Origin: Penicillus capitatus
Lineage: Eukaryota; Plantae; Chlorophyta
NCBI GenBank assembly: GCA_965649825.1
Contig: OZ287695.1
Location: forward strand, 846,981 to 910,980
Direction: 5' to 3'
DNA: 64,000 bases
This document shows, one piece after another, positions 12,725-24,471 of the stretch (position 1 is its first letter; every line of letters begins with the position of its first letter). Both the position numbers and the translations under genes were made by a program. The notes under the pieces are model-generated. The model was not told the origin of the DNA and searched no databases. It was given only the letters and a program-made list of their open reading frames with translations.

Positions 12725-13925
12725 CGAGCACGCGTCCCGAACCAAGACACAGGCAACCGACCCCCCTACGTCTGCGCAGAGGAGGGGAAGACGGCGAAAC
12801 TAAGCAGTCTGGTGTTCCCTATCGTTGTCTACGGACCACTGAGGCGGTGTAGGAGATGCTTTCGCATTTGTGTCGGACGACGTCCGTTCTTACCGACCAT
12901 TTCCCCTTCCATCGCTCAGGGGCTGTAGAGAACGCCAACACAGCTATTGATGACGCACAAAGGTTCTCGCTGTCACCACCTGTCTGCCAACCCGCGATGG
13001 ACGTGGCAGAAATGAAATCTGATGGGAGATGAACACAGGTGGCGTACGTCGTACGCCCTCACAACACGTCTGGCCATACAATAAGCGCAAGCTGGCAAAA
13101 AAACAACGTGTCCACCGTCCAACTGTTGCCGGACGCGGCTCGACGACGTTTTCCAACCGGACCGTTTTCTGTCTGTGTGACACAGACGACGCTGGCGGAC
13201 AGACGTCGCAGTCGTCTTTGTCTTAGTGGAGCGTCAGATACTCCCCATCTCACCGGCGACTGAACCTACCGTTCCTGCAGACTGAAGAGAAAAGGCACGA
13301 CGGCAGTGTTTGACACAAATATTGGCGGCACGTCTTGTTGCCTAGGTCAGACTTGACGAAAGAACTGTGAACGAAGGTGCGAAGTGCTGTCGCCAGGTCG
13401 GCAGCGCAGACAATTGCCGTCGGAAACACCTTCGACGAAGATTCCTGGAGTCCAGGCACAGCAGAATTGCTGTGCGATCGGTTTATGCTGACGCGCGTTT
13501 TTCTTTTCCTGGGTCTCGCGAACCTACCGTGCATCTTCTATGTTGCTTAAGTCCTTCTGCCGAAGGCACATCTGAACGTGTCACGCTGTGGTGCTGCTGC
13601 ATCTCGACCATGAATTTGTCATCGTACGTCATCTCTTGTAATGACAGCATTCTGTCGCGTTCTGCAGCATGATTTTCCAGCATACATATTTAAGGATGAC
13701 GCATCCTTACCACAACAAGTCGAACGTCTTTGCAGGATTTGTGCAAATCTGTTCTGTGGACGGTTATTCTGAGGGTCCGAGTCATATAAAAGCGCTGTTC
13801 TCTTGAACACCTTCCATCGACGTGCTCAAAGCCCGACCGGTCGGACAACAACATCAGCCCAAGAACTCGTTCTACTTTGACAACGTATGCTCTGCAATGT
13901 GTCGTGTGGTGTATACTGATGCAGT

Positions 13926-15170
13926 GTGCATCATTCGCAGAAGGATAGTAATCTCATGAATTATCGAAGAAGCATTGCTACATCAGGTGCATCGCGTCGC
14001 TCAGGTCCAGCGAGCGATGCACTGGGTAACAATGAAGGGCTTCTGCGGTACTGTCTACCCTTCTTCGTAAATCCTGGGTGCGCTGCCTTGAACGTTACCG
14101 CGGAGCGAAATGCGGCGACCGGCGAATTCGAGTTACTGAACGACCGAAATGCTTCCTACGAACCAGCCGACGGGCTTGACTCTTCGTATGAGGCGAGTCT
14201 TGAAGACGACGGTTCTCTTGGAGCTGAATGGTCGGCAGTGAACGAATTCACGTCCCCAAAGCTCAACAACGCGGATTCGAATGTTGACGAAGGCGGTTAT
14301 GGATTCGGCCAGCAAGGACTCGCACAAGAGCTCCCTTTCCAGTCAATGCTGAGTGATGAACCAGACTTTGCTGCAATGCCAGACGCAGCAGAACACCAGC
14401 CTTTCAGATCCTTTGACCAATCCTTTGACCCAGAACAGATGGCGAACCTCGCAGCACTACTCTCTGTCGACGAGTCGCAGCACTGCGCAGCAATGCAAGG
14501 TGCAGGTCATACGAGACCACGGAGGTCGAACAGGAGCAGTGCTGTGAGCGTGGGACGCCTTGCTGCACGACGCCAAAGGAACCGGGGTAATTGCAGACGC
14601 CGTCTATCACCTCGGTTATCCAACGTAACATCACATCTCATGTCATTTCGCCACGTCGCTCATGTTCTCTTGTAGCGGAGGTCGGCGGGAGGCGTGACTG
14701 GGGTGACGATGCGCCTGCGCACCGTCGCTCGAAAATTGCTAGCCGGGTCGGGCTGGATAATGGACAGTAGTATCAACAAAGAAATGGCAAAGAGGCTTAT
14801 CTGCGAGCTCGTCGGTGACTTACTTCCCAGACTAGCATATGAATTCCCCGTCTTGCGTGACGTAACGCTCTCGGTGGGGCATGAGCGAGAAGGCAGTATT
14901 GAAGAGATACTGCCAGGTAATATCCATCCTGTCCTGACGTCGTCGTTCTGACTTCTTCTCTGTGCTTAGCTGTCATCGCTGCGTACACAGGCAAGAACGT
15001 TACGCTGCAAGACGTGGATAACTTCATTCACAGGGACAAAGGTCCCTACCATATGACAAGCGCTTTTCTTTCACTTCTTGATCAGAGACCGTGGCCCCCT
15101 CGTTTGCCATGCGCCGCCGAACTTGGCTATTATGGATGCTATCTGGAAGGGGGTAGGAGAAACAGTTAGT
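13926..15170 (+). CDS. Hypothetical protein (acidic low-complexity region then basic stretch); true start may lie upstream
   Basis: 249-aa ORF followed by splice-compatible exons (GT at about 14624 with tag| acceptor at 14675; ccag|gtaata...acacag|). No recognised domain. Confidence 0.45.
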
Positions 15171-16066
15171 CAAGAGATGAAACCGTTTACGCATAGAAAG
15201 CGATTCTTCATCATGTGTGATGGTCTTTTGTCTGGAGTCTCTATGTCTTCCTAGGATGACCATATGCAGACGTGAGCAGTGGGTTATAGTCTATAGATGA
15301 TTCTGTCTTGCTTGTCTGAACAAATGGGGAGTGTGAAAGCTTTTCTCTTTCTCTACGTATAGCATCGTTTCTCTGTTACCTATGTCGATAGAGTCCGTCT
15401 CTCGAATCAAGCGAGACATTCTTTTGAATTCTTGTTGCCATCATGCATATCGAGGTAGATACAGAAACCGGTTGTGAAACCAGTTATTTATCGATTGGTA
15501 TACAACAAATCTCAGCTCAAGGCTTGCGTCGCAGGACGTCAGATTTTCTTTTATACTCTCCTAACCCGTCTCCTAGGATGTGAGTCATCCATAGATGTAT
15601 GCTGTGCCAGATTGCTTAGGTCCATAGTCAGCCAAAGTGGGTCGGTTGCCTTTCTTCTTGTGATGTGTCAGTAGGATACGATAGCGTGGTTGATGAACTG
15701 CACAAGGCATCTCAGGCGATTTTGCTGACGCGAACGCTTGCCACGATACGTCTCCTTTACATTCATTTCTTTTTTCGCTGAACTGTCTTGTCTGTATCCC
15801 TATTTCGTGTGCTTCCCCCTGTTTTGTCTCCGTTTCTCTCCTAACAGCAGATACTTAGATGATATATGACCTCTAGTAGCATCTCTTTGTAGTCTTTCGA
15901 ATAAAGCAATTAAAAAAATTAAAAAAATGATAAAATTCTTAGACGATATGTACGGCATATGGAAGAATGCCAGTTGGTATGGTTAGACAATGCAATTTAA
16001 AAAATCGAAAGATCCATCAAAGCTGTCTCTTCCCACGAACGCATCTTCGTTATACGACAAAAGCGA

Positions 16067-16522
16067 ATGGGGTGTCTGCCTTCGAAATCGCAAACGCGTG
16101 TGGGTCGAAGCAAACGGCGACAGAAACCGCGTATCGCTATCAAAGAATGGTCCTCCAACAGTCCCATCACCAAACAGCAGCTCGAAGCACAGAGGGAAGA
16201 ATTCTGGGACACACAGCCATACTACGGAGGAAACAAAGGCATCTCACGCCACTCACTCACCGCCAACCATGTCTATGTTCAACATCGTAGTGGTATGGGA
16301 GACGCTCAAGGCAGTGGTCGAAGCAGACATGGATATGAAACCGGTCATCATTGATTCTGCTGGACTGATCATCGGTTCCAGCGATTTAACGGTCTTCTAT
16401 GACGAGAAAGGTAAACAGCTAGATGTCCTCACGGTGCTCAGATGTGGGAGGATGATGGTGCAGGGTGGAAGTATGACCTGCCCAGATATGTCATTAGCGA
16501 CCCGACAAACCTCAGCCAATAA
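16067..16522 (+). CDS. UBTD1/UBTD2-like (DC-UbP N-terminal domain) protein; introns 16239-16290 (GC-AG) and about 16411-16463
   Basis: MGC N-terminus (myristoylation/palmitoylation-type), W-S-x-x-P-I-T-x-x-Q-L-x-x-x-R-x-E-F-W-D-T-x-P-x-Y-G-G, VWETLKAVVEAD, IIDSAG, DLTVFYDEKGWKYDLPRYVISDPTNL*. Confidence 0.9.
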
Positions 16523-16682
16523 TAATAGCCCGTGGTCATAAGACTGTGTACGGTTCTGTAAAACACATACTGACCATTGCAAAGCACCTATCGTCGGCCA
16601 CTCGATGGAGTTGAGAGGGGGAGCGTACAAACGATGTCATCAATAAAGGAGAGTCCGTCGCCGTTTGAGGCACACATGTGGG

Positions 16683-17410
16683 TTATAGATCATAGTTTTG
16701 TTTAAAAGCGTCCTTAGCTTCTGGAGAAAACCCAGCTAGCATTGATTTCATCAGGGCTTCGTTTAGGGGATTCATATTGGACTGTTCTTCAAAGACTATC
16801 GTCCACGCTTCGTTCTCATCGGAACCGATCTGTAAACGAGCGCCTGAAGGGGCGAGGTAGGCAACGCCCGATCTCAGTGGGTTGTTGTTCATCTCTGTGT
16901 ATGTTTCGGATGCGATGTCGTCAGGGTTGCCGCCTAAAGCGGTGACGCGGACTTGAGCATTCTTGACATCGATGCGGATATGCTCGTCCAGTACTAGATA
17001 ACAGAAACACCGATCGAAAGCTCTTTATTCAGAAGAGTGAGATCCTAACCGTTGGTCCCTTGGACGATGAGGTCGGCATTGGATGAGGTCCCAATCAGGA
17101 ACGGACTCTGTGTCATGCTTTGTGTGGATGAGAGGCTGTGTGTGTTTGGGGATACCTTCGCAATTTGTGTTTTCTGACCCGATGGGGACAGCAGATGAAC
17201 GTCTTTAGATACAGCGTCCTGACCGGATGGCGTCGCTTGTAGGTAAGTCGGCTGTTGCGTCGTGCGTAGAGAGTCGCTACGGCTTGGCAAGAGAGAAGAA
17301 GGCAGATGGTGAGAGCGGACAGAGGCTCGATGCGGAGAGAGATGTCCCCGTCGCGGCAGCGACGGCACAGGAAGACATAGGCGTGTATGAATGCAAGCTG
17401 TCATTTCCAT
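16683..17410 (-). CDS. Small FHA-like domain protein with a transit-peptide-like leader; two introns
   Basis: The spliced product reads PFLIGTSSNADLIVQGTN|VLDEHIRIDVKNAQVRVTALGG...TEMNNNPLRSGVAYLAPSGARLQIG, an FHA-like beta-sandwich pattern, behind an Arg/Ser/Pro-rich leader. Confidence 0.6.
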
Positions 17411-17860
17411 GTTCTGCTTCTTCGGAACGAGTGAAATGACTTCTGCATTCTCATGATGGGATGTTCATAGGAGAACTAGGCGGTTGATATTGCGACAGAA
17501 ACGAAAGAAAGTGCCTCCAGCGGATAGAGCAAACATCGGGTAGTGGATATTCTTACCTAGGCTCCTAACGTGGTAAGTGCGAATGCGCTATCACAAGTTT
17601 GTTTCGCGCTAGTTGTGGCGACAGCGAGTCGAAAACACAAGGCGTTCGTGATTAATCAACGTTCTGAATTGGACGCAACAGTCTTAGTGACGTCTCTAGT
17701 TCTTTTTGGCGTGTAAAAAACCAGTCGCCTGGTTTTCCATTCGATGCAAATGACAAACAAGAATTCGTCAGATCATCGAAGAATCGTGAAAAAAAAAACT
17801 ACTCAAAGTTAGGCGTTTTTATAGATGGAATGTGTAGCGGTGGGGTCTTGTTGGTATTCC

Positions 17861-20800
17861 TCATGGACGCAGGAGTTTCTCCAGATAGGTTTTAGTCGAG
17901 TGCGGACATTCAAAAAAAGTTTCAGTGCAAATAACATCGAAAGGCGTTTCTCCGTTATCGTTGGTTGCCGTCTTCGAGGCTCCGGCATCTACCAGAACCT
18001 GAAAATACGCTATTAAACTATAAGATGCTATATCTGACTCGCCTCTGCTGCTTCGTCCTCTCCGTCTTTTGCTGCATTATGAAGCGGAGTGTCTCCGTCC
18101 GTATCTTCCCTATCGAGAGAGGCATCTTCTTCAACTAACAACTGCAGCAGGCCAAGTGAAATAAAAAACCGTACCAAATGTGGGCGATCCACCTTCACAA
18201 CCTCAGGATTCCCTCCTACCGCGGCGAGATGAAGTGGCGTCTGTCCTAGGTGTGTCTCGTCGCTAACCTTCGCTCCGTTGTCGAGGAGGATCTGGCAGTC
18301 GACAGTTTTTGTCAACGAGCTAAGAACGTAGATGCGCAACTGACCTCGACCATCTCGGTGTCTGCGTAACGTGCTGCCAAATGCAGAGGAGTCCATCCAT
18401 CGTCCTTGGCCTGGCTAGCGTCCGCTCCGTACTCGAGGAGGACCTGGCACTCGACAGTTTTGTCAATGAGCCAACGACGTCGATGCGCGACTGACCTCGA
18501 CTATCTCGGTGTCTGCGTAACGGACTGCCAAATGCAGAGGAGTCCATTCTTCGTGACAGACCTGGTTGACGTCAGCTCCGTACTCGAGGAGGACCTGACA
18601 GTCGACAGTTTTGTCGATGAGCTAACGACGTAGATGCGCGACTGACCTCGACTATCTCGGTGTCTGCGTTATAACGTGTTGCCAAATGCAGAGGGGTCCA
18701 TCCATCGTCATCATGGTTGGCGTCAGCTCCGTTCTCGAGGAGGACCTGGCAGTCGACAGTTTCTGTCAATGATGTATCGACGTAGTACGTCACCGACCTC
18801 GACCACTTCAGCATCTGCGTAACGTGCTGCTATATGCAGAGTACTCCATCCATCGTCCTTGGCCTGGCTAGCGTCCGCTCCGTACTCGAGGAGGACCTGG
18901 CACTCGACAGTTTTGTCAATGAGCCAACGACGTAGATGCTCAACTGACCTCGACCATCTCGGCGTCTGCGTAACGGACTGCCACATCCAGAGGAGTCCAT
19001 TGACTTTCAGTGGCCGCGTCGATATTAGCTCCTTCTCCCAGAAGCATCTGCACATAACACAATAATTAGCGAACAGACGCCAAAAAGTATACTACCTTCA
19101 CGATATTGGGATATCCGTACTCGGAAGCCACATGCAAAGCTGTCCGTCCGGTTTTAGAAACGGCCTCGATATCTGCTTTGTAATCGAGAAGAATCTGTGA
19201 ATCACATAAGATGCAGGAGATTAAAATGTGCTATTAGATGCAGACTTCAAATATCTCAGAGTGTCCGTAGCGTGCTGCGTAATGCAATGGAGTCCATCCA
19301 TCGACGTCAGTGGCGTTCACTGCAGCGTCTTCCTCAAGAAGAATCTGTGAATGGACATTTGAGCGGATGATTTGGATCATATTGAAATTACCTTTGTCAC
19401 TCTTGCGTGTCCGAATTCTGCTGCCACATGCAAAGGGGTCACTTTATAAGTACCGTTGTCTTTGTTGTCCACGCCTGCTTCGTACGACAGAAGAACCTTC
19501 ATTTACGCAAAGCACTCGTGCTTGATTGAAAAATGAGTTGTCCTCTATCTGTTATCCAGAGTCGATGCTGAATGCTTTACCTTAGTGCATTCTGACGCAT
19601 TGTAATACGCCGACCAGTGCAACAGAGTAAATGGTTCCCCTGGCGGATAACCTGACATTTGAGATGCATTGTAGAAAGAATCTGGATACACTCCAATCAA
19701 AAGTGCGGCCTCCAAAGTCAGGACAGTGTCATTTCTTATAGCGTCAATTGCTTCCTATGAGACCATTTGCATATGTACAATGAGATTTGATTCATCATCG
19801 ATGTTACATTCAGCAGTTCTGTATCGGAGAATTCCTTCAGCCGTTCGCACTCTTCATCAAGTTCCTGTTGTTCCAACTTCTCTTTCAGTTTACCATCTGC
19901 AGGTTCATCTACCTTTGGAAATGGTGGAACACTTGGCGAAGGTTCTTCTGATGGTTCTGGCACCTGCACAAAGCGATCAGGACAGAAGAAGAGATTTGGA
20001 GAACAGTTTACTTCTGGACCTTCACCAATTGTTTCCTGAATCCAATCCCAGAATGCGCCAATGCTGGTGTAAATACTTGGTGCAGGGTCATGGCAATCAT
20101 CAAACCCCATAGAGGTTATGCCGACAATCATATCAAGTTCTGGATCCCCAGCCTTTATCTTCTTCGAGTTATGGGGGATCAATAGTGGACCACCAGAATC
20201 ACCTTCCACACGGAAGACTAATCAGAAAGCGGTACTCTCGTATTCCAAACCTTTGCATGTGTTAGACTCCTCCAATCCAACACAAATCGAGTGATTCTTG
20301 ACCGAGTTTTCGAGGAACTCTATGCAGTCGTGTTCATTCACATACTGTAGCTTGCTCGTCATCTGTAAAATATTTGGACGATTTCCACTTCCATCGTCTC
20401 CCCAACCCAGAGCGGTGAACAATGTGCCCTCTGGAAATTCTCCTTCCTGTTGGCTAAACAATGGCTCTATGAGATTCGCTTCTTTGTTCAGTTTGACGAC
20501 GGCGATGTCGTAACCATCGTTCACGTCACCGTTCCAAGACTCGGGCCAGTGGCTTTGTACTCCGCTGAGTACCTAGCAACATCCATTTCGGGAACAAAGT
20601 GAATAAACGTGAACAGTTCACTTCGCCGCTGTCGTTTGCGTCAAGAGTGTGAATACCACAGCGGATAAGCGGATGTCTGCCGAGACTTTGCGAAGAGGCT
20701 GAGTCGACGCAGTGCGCTGCAGTGATGACCCACTGCTGTCGAAAAAGCACTCCGCCGCAGCGGTGGAGTCCATCTTCTCGTGCCGAGAGACTACACATAT

Positions 20801-21075
20801 AAGGGAACCGTCCCCTAGGCGCATCTACGCCATCCTACAAGATACAATGGTCACGACGCAGCGAAAGGAACGTGCGAGATTACGACAATGTAGGGCCCTT
20901 TTCCCCCTTTGGAGCTTGGCTCTCTTGTTTTATCTAAACAATCACCCGTGTCGGAGTGACAACCGACAGAAGACTCACTCTGGACTTGAGGACTGGCGTC
21001 GGCATAGAAGTGCAGCAGGGATGCTAACAGGAGCAGAACTGCGATGGCTCTTTTTGGCAACGAGGGAAACGACAT
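17861..21075 (-). CDS. Secreted trypsin-family (S1) serine protease fused to about 11 ankyrin repeats, copy 1
   Basis: Signal peptide, mature N-terminus IVDG, TAAHC, DGYDIAVVKL, GDSGGP and an acidic Pro-rich linker. These are followed by 12 phase-0 exons (mostly 99 nt), each like VLLEYGAD...GWTPLHLAARY..., spliced in frame to TGA at 17863-17861. Confidence 0.88.
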
Positions 21076-21785
21076 GTTTGAGGAATGAGAGAAGACGGTG
21101 GCTACTGAAACGCCAACAGCTGTTTAAATAGACTCAGCGCTATCCATTCGTCACATCGCATTGCAGTAACCACCACGATGACTTCTGGACACCGCACAAC
21201 GAGAATAACTACCACGTGTCTATTACGGTTCTGCATCAATTCACTCCAGTCTTTTCAATCATCTTTCAAATAGAGTATTGTTAGAGCAAGCTGTTCCTTC
21301 GCGTGAGAATGAGTGAGCTCATACAAGAGCATTCCTAAGTACGTTTACGGTTTGCTTTCTCCACAAATTGTCCGCTTTCCGTCTATAACATTCACTTCCC
21401 AATCCCGATGTTTCCCACTGTGATCAAACGCAGAGGAGGAGGTTAAGAATGTGAACGCACAGCACTGCACTCATCTAAACAGGCTGCGGTTCGCCAGACA
21501 GCCATCAAAAAGAAAATATGTCTCCATAATTTCACTGCCTGAAACAAAAATCTAAAAGCCTGAAGACTAAGAGACGTGATCACTGTAACACGTCTCAACA
21601 GAACGTATAGCAGAGGGAACAAGAGAAGAGAAACAAGGCTCGACCAGAAGAACCAGCCAGCTCAATCGAAATCAAATCGTCCAATCGGATATTCTCAAAA
21701 CTGAGTGACAGGCAATGAATGCCACAACGAAATCCCAAGCGGCTCTCATCAGGTTGAGCGCATCTGTCTGTCTGTTGCGTCGGGC

Positions 21786-23258
21786 TCAGCAGATTTCCAC
21801 AAAACAGCCCGCAGAATCGATGCGATGCAGCAGAGGCATTTCCCTCTTCTGTTGTCCCTGATGCACCGAACAGAGACAGTACTCGTAGTCCAGTCTCTCC
21901 AGACGATGCCCGATGGACATCGAGACCAGATCTGACAGCTGCAGGTTGTGGCATCCCTTGATCGAGAGCTCCTTCACCTCGTGACACGCCTTTTGAAGAC
22001 TGTGCAGTCCGGCAGCGGTCACCGAACTACACCAATTAAGAATCAGACGCTGCAGCTTGGTCAGCTGCGTCAAGCACGCGAGTCCTGCGTCGGTGATGTG
22101 ACAGAGGAAGCTCAGATCGATGTCCTCCAGGAGTGGTGATTCGCCGAGGCAGTTGAGTCCCGCGTCCGTGATCCGAGTGCATCCTCTGAGATGGGCGGAA
22201 CGCAGGAGAGGAAGACGGCAGAGCATTTTCAAACCGTTGTCCGTTATCTGATGGCAGTTGCGAAGACAGACGGACTGCAGCGTCTTGCACTGGGCAAGGT
22301 CTTCCAGCGTCTCGTCCTTGACCCATCCACAGTCTCGCAGGCTGACAGATGCCAGTCGCTTCATCTTGGTCAGAGAAGAGCACCCGAGTGGCTTCATTCC
22401 TTGCATGTAGAGATGCGTGAGGTCTGGCAAGTTCGACAGCTGCTCGATTCCGGCGGACGAGATCGCGTGACAGCTGCTGATGTCCACTCTCTTCAGACTA
22501 CGGATGTGCTGCAGCCAAAACATACCGTCATCCGTCACCCCATCGCACCTACTCAGGTTGAGCACTTCTAGTTCGAGTTCGTTCAACGACATCAGTCCGT
22601 CGTCCGTGACGTCTGTGCCGGAGAGGTTCAGGACACGCAGTGTCGGGACGGAGATCAGACATTCCACAGCTTCGTCGTCGACATCCACGCAGTTTTTCAG
22701 ATTCAGCACCTCCAAGTGGGAAAGCGAGGCGATGGAGCAGAAGGCTGATGGGGTAAGGGCATTCCATGACAAATCGAGGCTGGTCAGTTGCGGAAAGACT
22801 TCAAACCTGTCGAATGTTGTGTACGGACGCACGGCACAGGATGCATCGCATCCTGGATGCATAGGCAGCAGACGGAGGAACTGCAGCTGGGGTAGAACTC
22901 CTTCCAGCATCTCCCATCCGTTTTCGCTGACTCCGGGGCCACATCGCAGTGTGACGTCACGCAGTGTGGGGATCTCTGCCAATCTCTGGCCGATCTGCTT
23001 CAGTTCCGCATCGTCGGCGACGTCGACGGAGGACAGATCGACGGCCTTGAGGTTAGGATAGAGATGCGGCAGATGCCCCTCTTGCAGTGTCCCAAGAGAC
23101 AGCGGGTGGACTCGTGTGACATATCTGTCCGTAAACTGTTTCCACTGTCTGTTGACGAGGCGAACATGCACGAGGTCCTTCTTCGGTAGAAACGACAGGA
23201 CGCGCTCGGCAATATCTCGCGGAAAGACATCGAAAAGGCGATGCATTGGGCGCTCCAT
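21786..23258 (-). CDS. F-box/LRR-repeat protein (AMN1/FBXL-type LRRs), intronless
   Basis: F-box LFDVFPRDIAERVLSFLPKKDLVHVRLVNRQW followed by many LxxLxLxxCxxITDxGL repeats. Confidence 0.92.
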   Translation of the reverse strand: MERPMHRLFDVFPRDIAERVLSFLPKKDLVHVRLVNRQWKQFTDRYVTRVHPLSLGTLQEGHLPHLYPNLKAVDLSSVDVADDAELKQIGQRLAEIPTLRDVTLRCGPGVSENGWEMLEGVLPQLQFLRLLPMHPGCDASCAVRPYTTFDRFEVFPQLTSLDLSWNALTPSAFCSIASLSHLEVLNLKNCVDVDDEAVECLISVPTLRVLNLSGTDVTDDGLMSLNELELEVLNLSRCDGVTDDGMFWLQHIRSLKRVDISSCHAISSAGIEQLSNLPDLTHLYMQGMKPLGCSSLTKMKRLASVSLRDCGWVKDETLEDLAQCKTLQSVCLRNCHQITDNGLKMLCRLPLLRSAHLRGCTRITDAGLNCLGESPLLEDIDLSFLCHITDAGLACLTQLTKLQRLILNWCSSVTAAGLHSLQKACHEVKELSIKGCHNLQLSDLVSMSIGHRLERLDYEYCLCSVHQGQQKREMPLLHRIDSAGCFVEIC

Positions 23259-23426
23259 TCAGTAGCGTAACAAATGCGCGATTACGGGGCAGACGGGGAG
23301 GAAAGCGCACCGAGTGGGTCAGAACGCGCCGTGAGCTTGTTAGGAATTTGGTAAACAACGGTGTGAAGCGACTGCGTGAGGAAGGCATGCGTTGGCACGT
23401 GACAGGTGTCTGACGCGGCGTTGCTA

Positions 23427-24267
23427 ATGGATGAGGAGCGAAACGACTGGCATTTGCCGAAGATGACGCGCCGCAGGTCGAATGCGACGTCGTGTCTCTC
23501 CGTGGCACTGTCCCTACTGATCTGGACAGGTGGTTGTCTGCCTCCAGTGCTCTCGCATCCGCAGACAGGGCGCATCGCCTACGACGTGGTTCAGAATCTG
23601 GAATTCGCCGAAATACGTCGTTACCCGGCAGGTATGTCGCGTCCTTGTGTTCTGGAGCCGATAGGGGTTGGACATGTCGTAAGGCACGTGGTTGACGGTG
23701 CCGGTGCCCAATGACAACTATGCGCTCATGATGGCGTATGGCTACGATGTGAGCCTTCTGCTGTCTTTAGCCCTGCGCCGCCATCTGATGGATGTCTTAC
23801 TTAGATGCTGCTGAAGTACTTTGAAGGCGAGAATCTGTCAGGGGAGCAGCCTCTGGCGTTGGCACTGCCGATGCGCGTATCCATGCGCGTATGGAATATG
23901 GATGCCACGCGTTTTGCATCGATTTTTATGGGACACAACGTAAGGATACGTTTTCGATGCGTGGTTTGGTTGAGGCTGCTTGAAGGGATGCCTGTAGTCT
24001 ACGTCGCTGCCAGTGCCGAGAGATCCACTATTCTTTTCGGAGGAGCCCGAGGCATTCGTCTATGTCAAACGCGTCCGAAGCACCGACGATCTGAGAACCG
24101 TCTTGCATCACGCCGCCTGTTTCATCGCCGACCTCTGCATGCGACGCGCAGCCGTCGATGCACAGCACATCTTTGTGGCCTACCATGCACCCGACATCGT
24201 CGCCAATCGCACAACAGAAACGCCACTCATGGATGAAGTGTGGGTCCAATGGACTGGACGAAACTGA
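23427..24267 (+). CDS. SOUL heme-binding family protein, multi-exon
   Basis: YDVVQNLEFAEIRRYPA, LLKYFEGENLSG, AFVYVKRV, VAYHAP...DEVWV match the SOUL/HBP pattern. Confidence 0.72.
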
Positions 24268-24471
24268 AACATTTGCACAGACGAAACGCACTAGCACATG
24301 CATTAACGCACTTTGCAACCACAACGATTATTATCGCATCATTTGATCTCTCGTCACTCTTACCGTCATGGAAACCAGTCATCACTGGAGGGAGTGAAAT
24401 GCTTTGAGGGGAAGCAGATTTTGATGATGTGTGGTGAACGGGGTTTATTGTGGTGATGTGACTTTTGAAGA

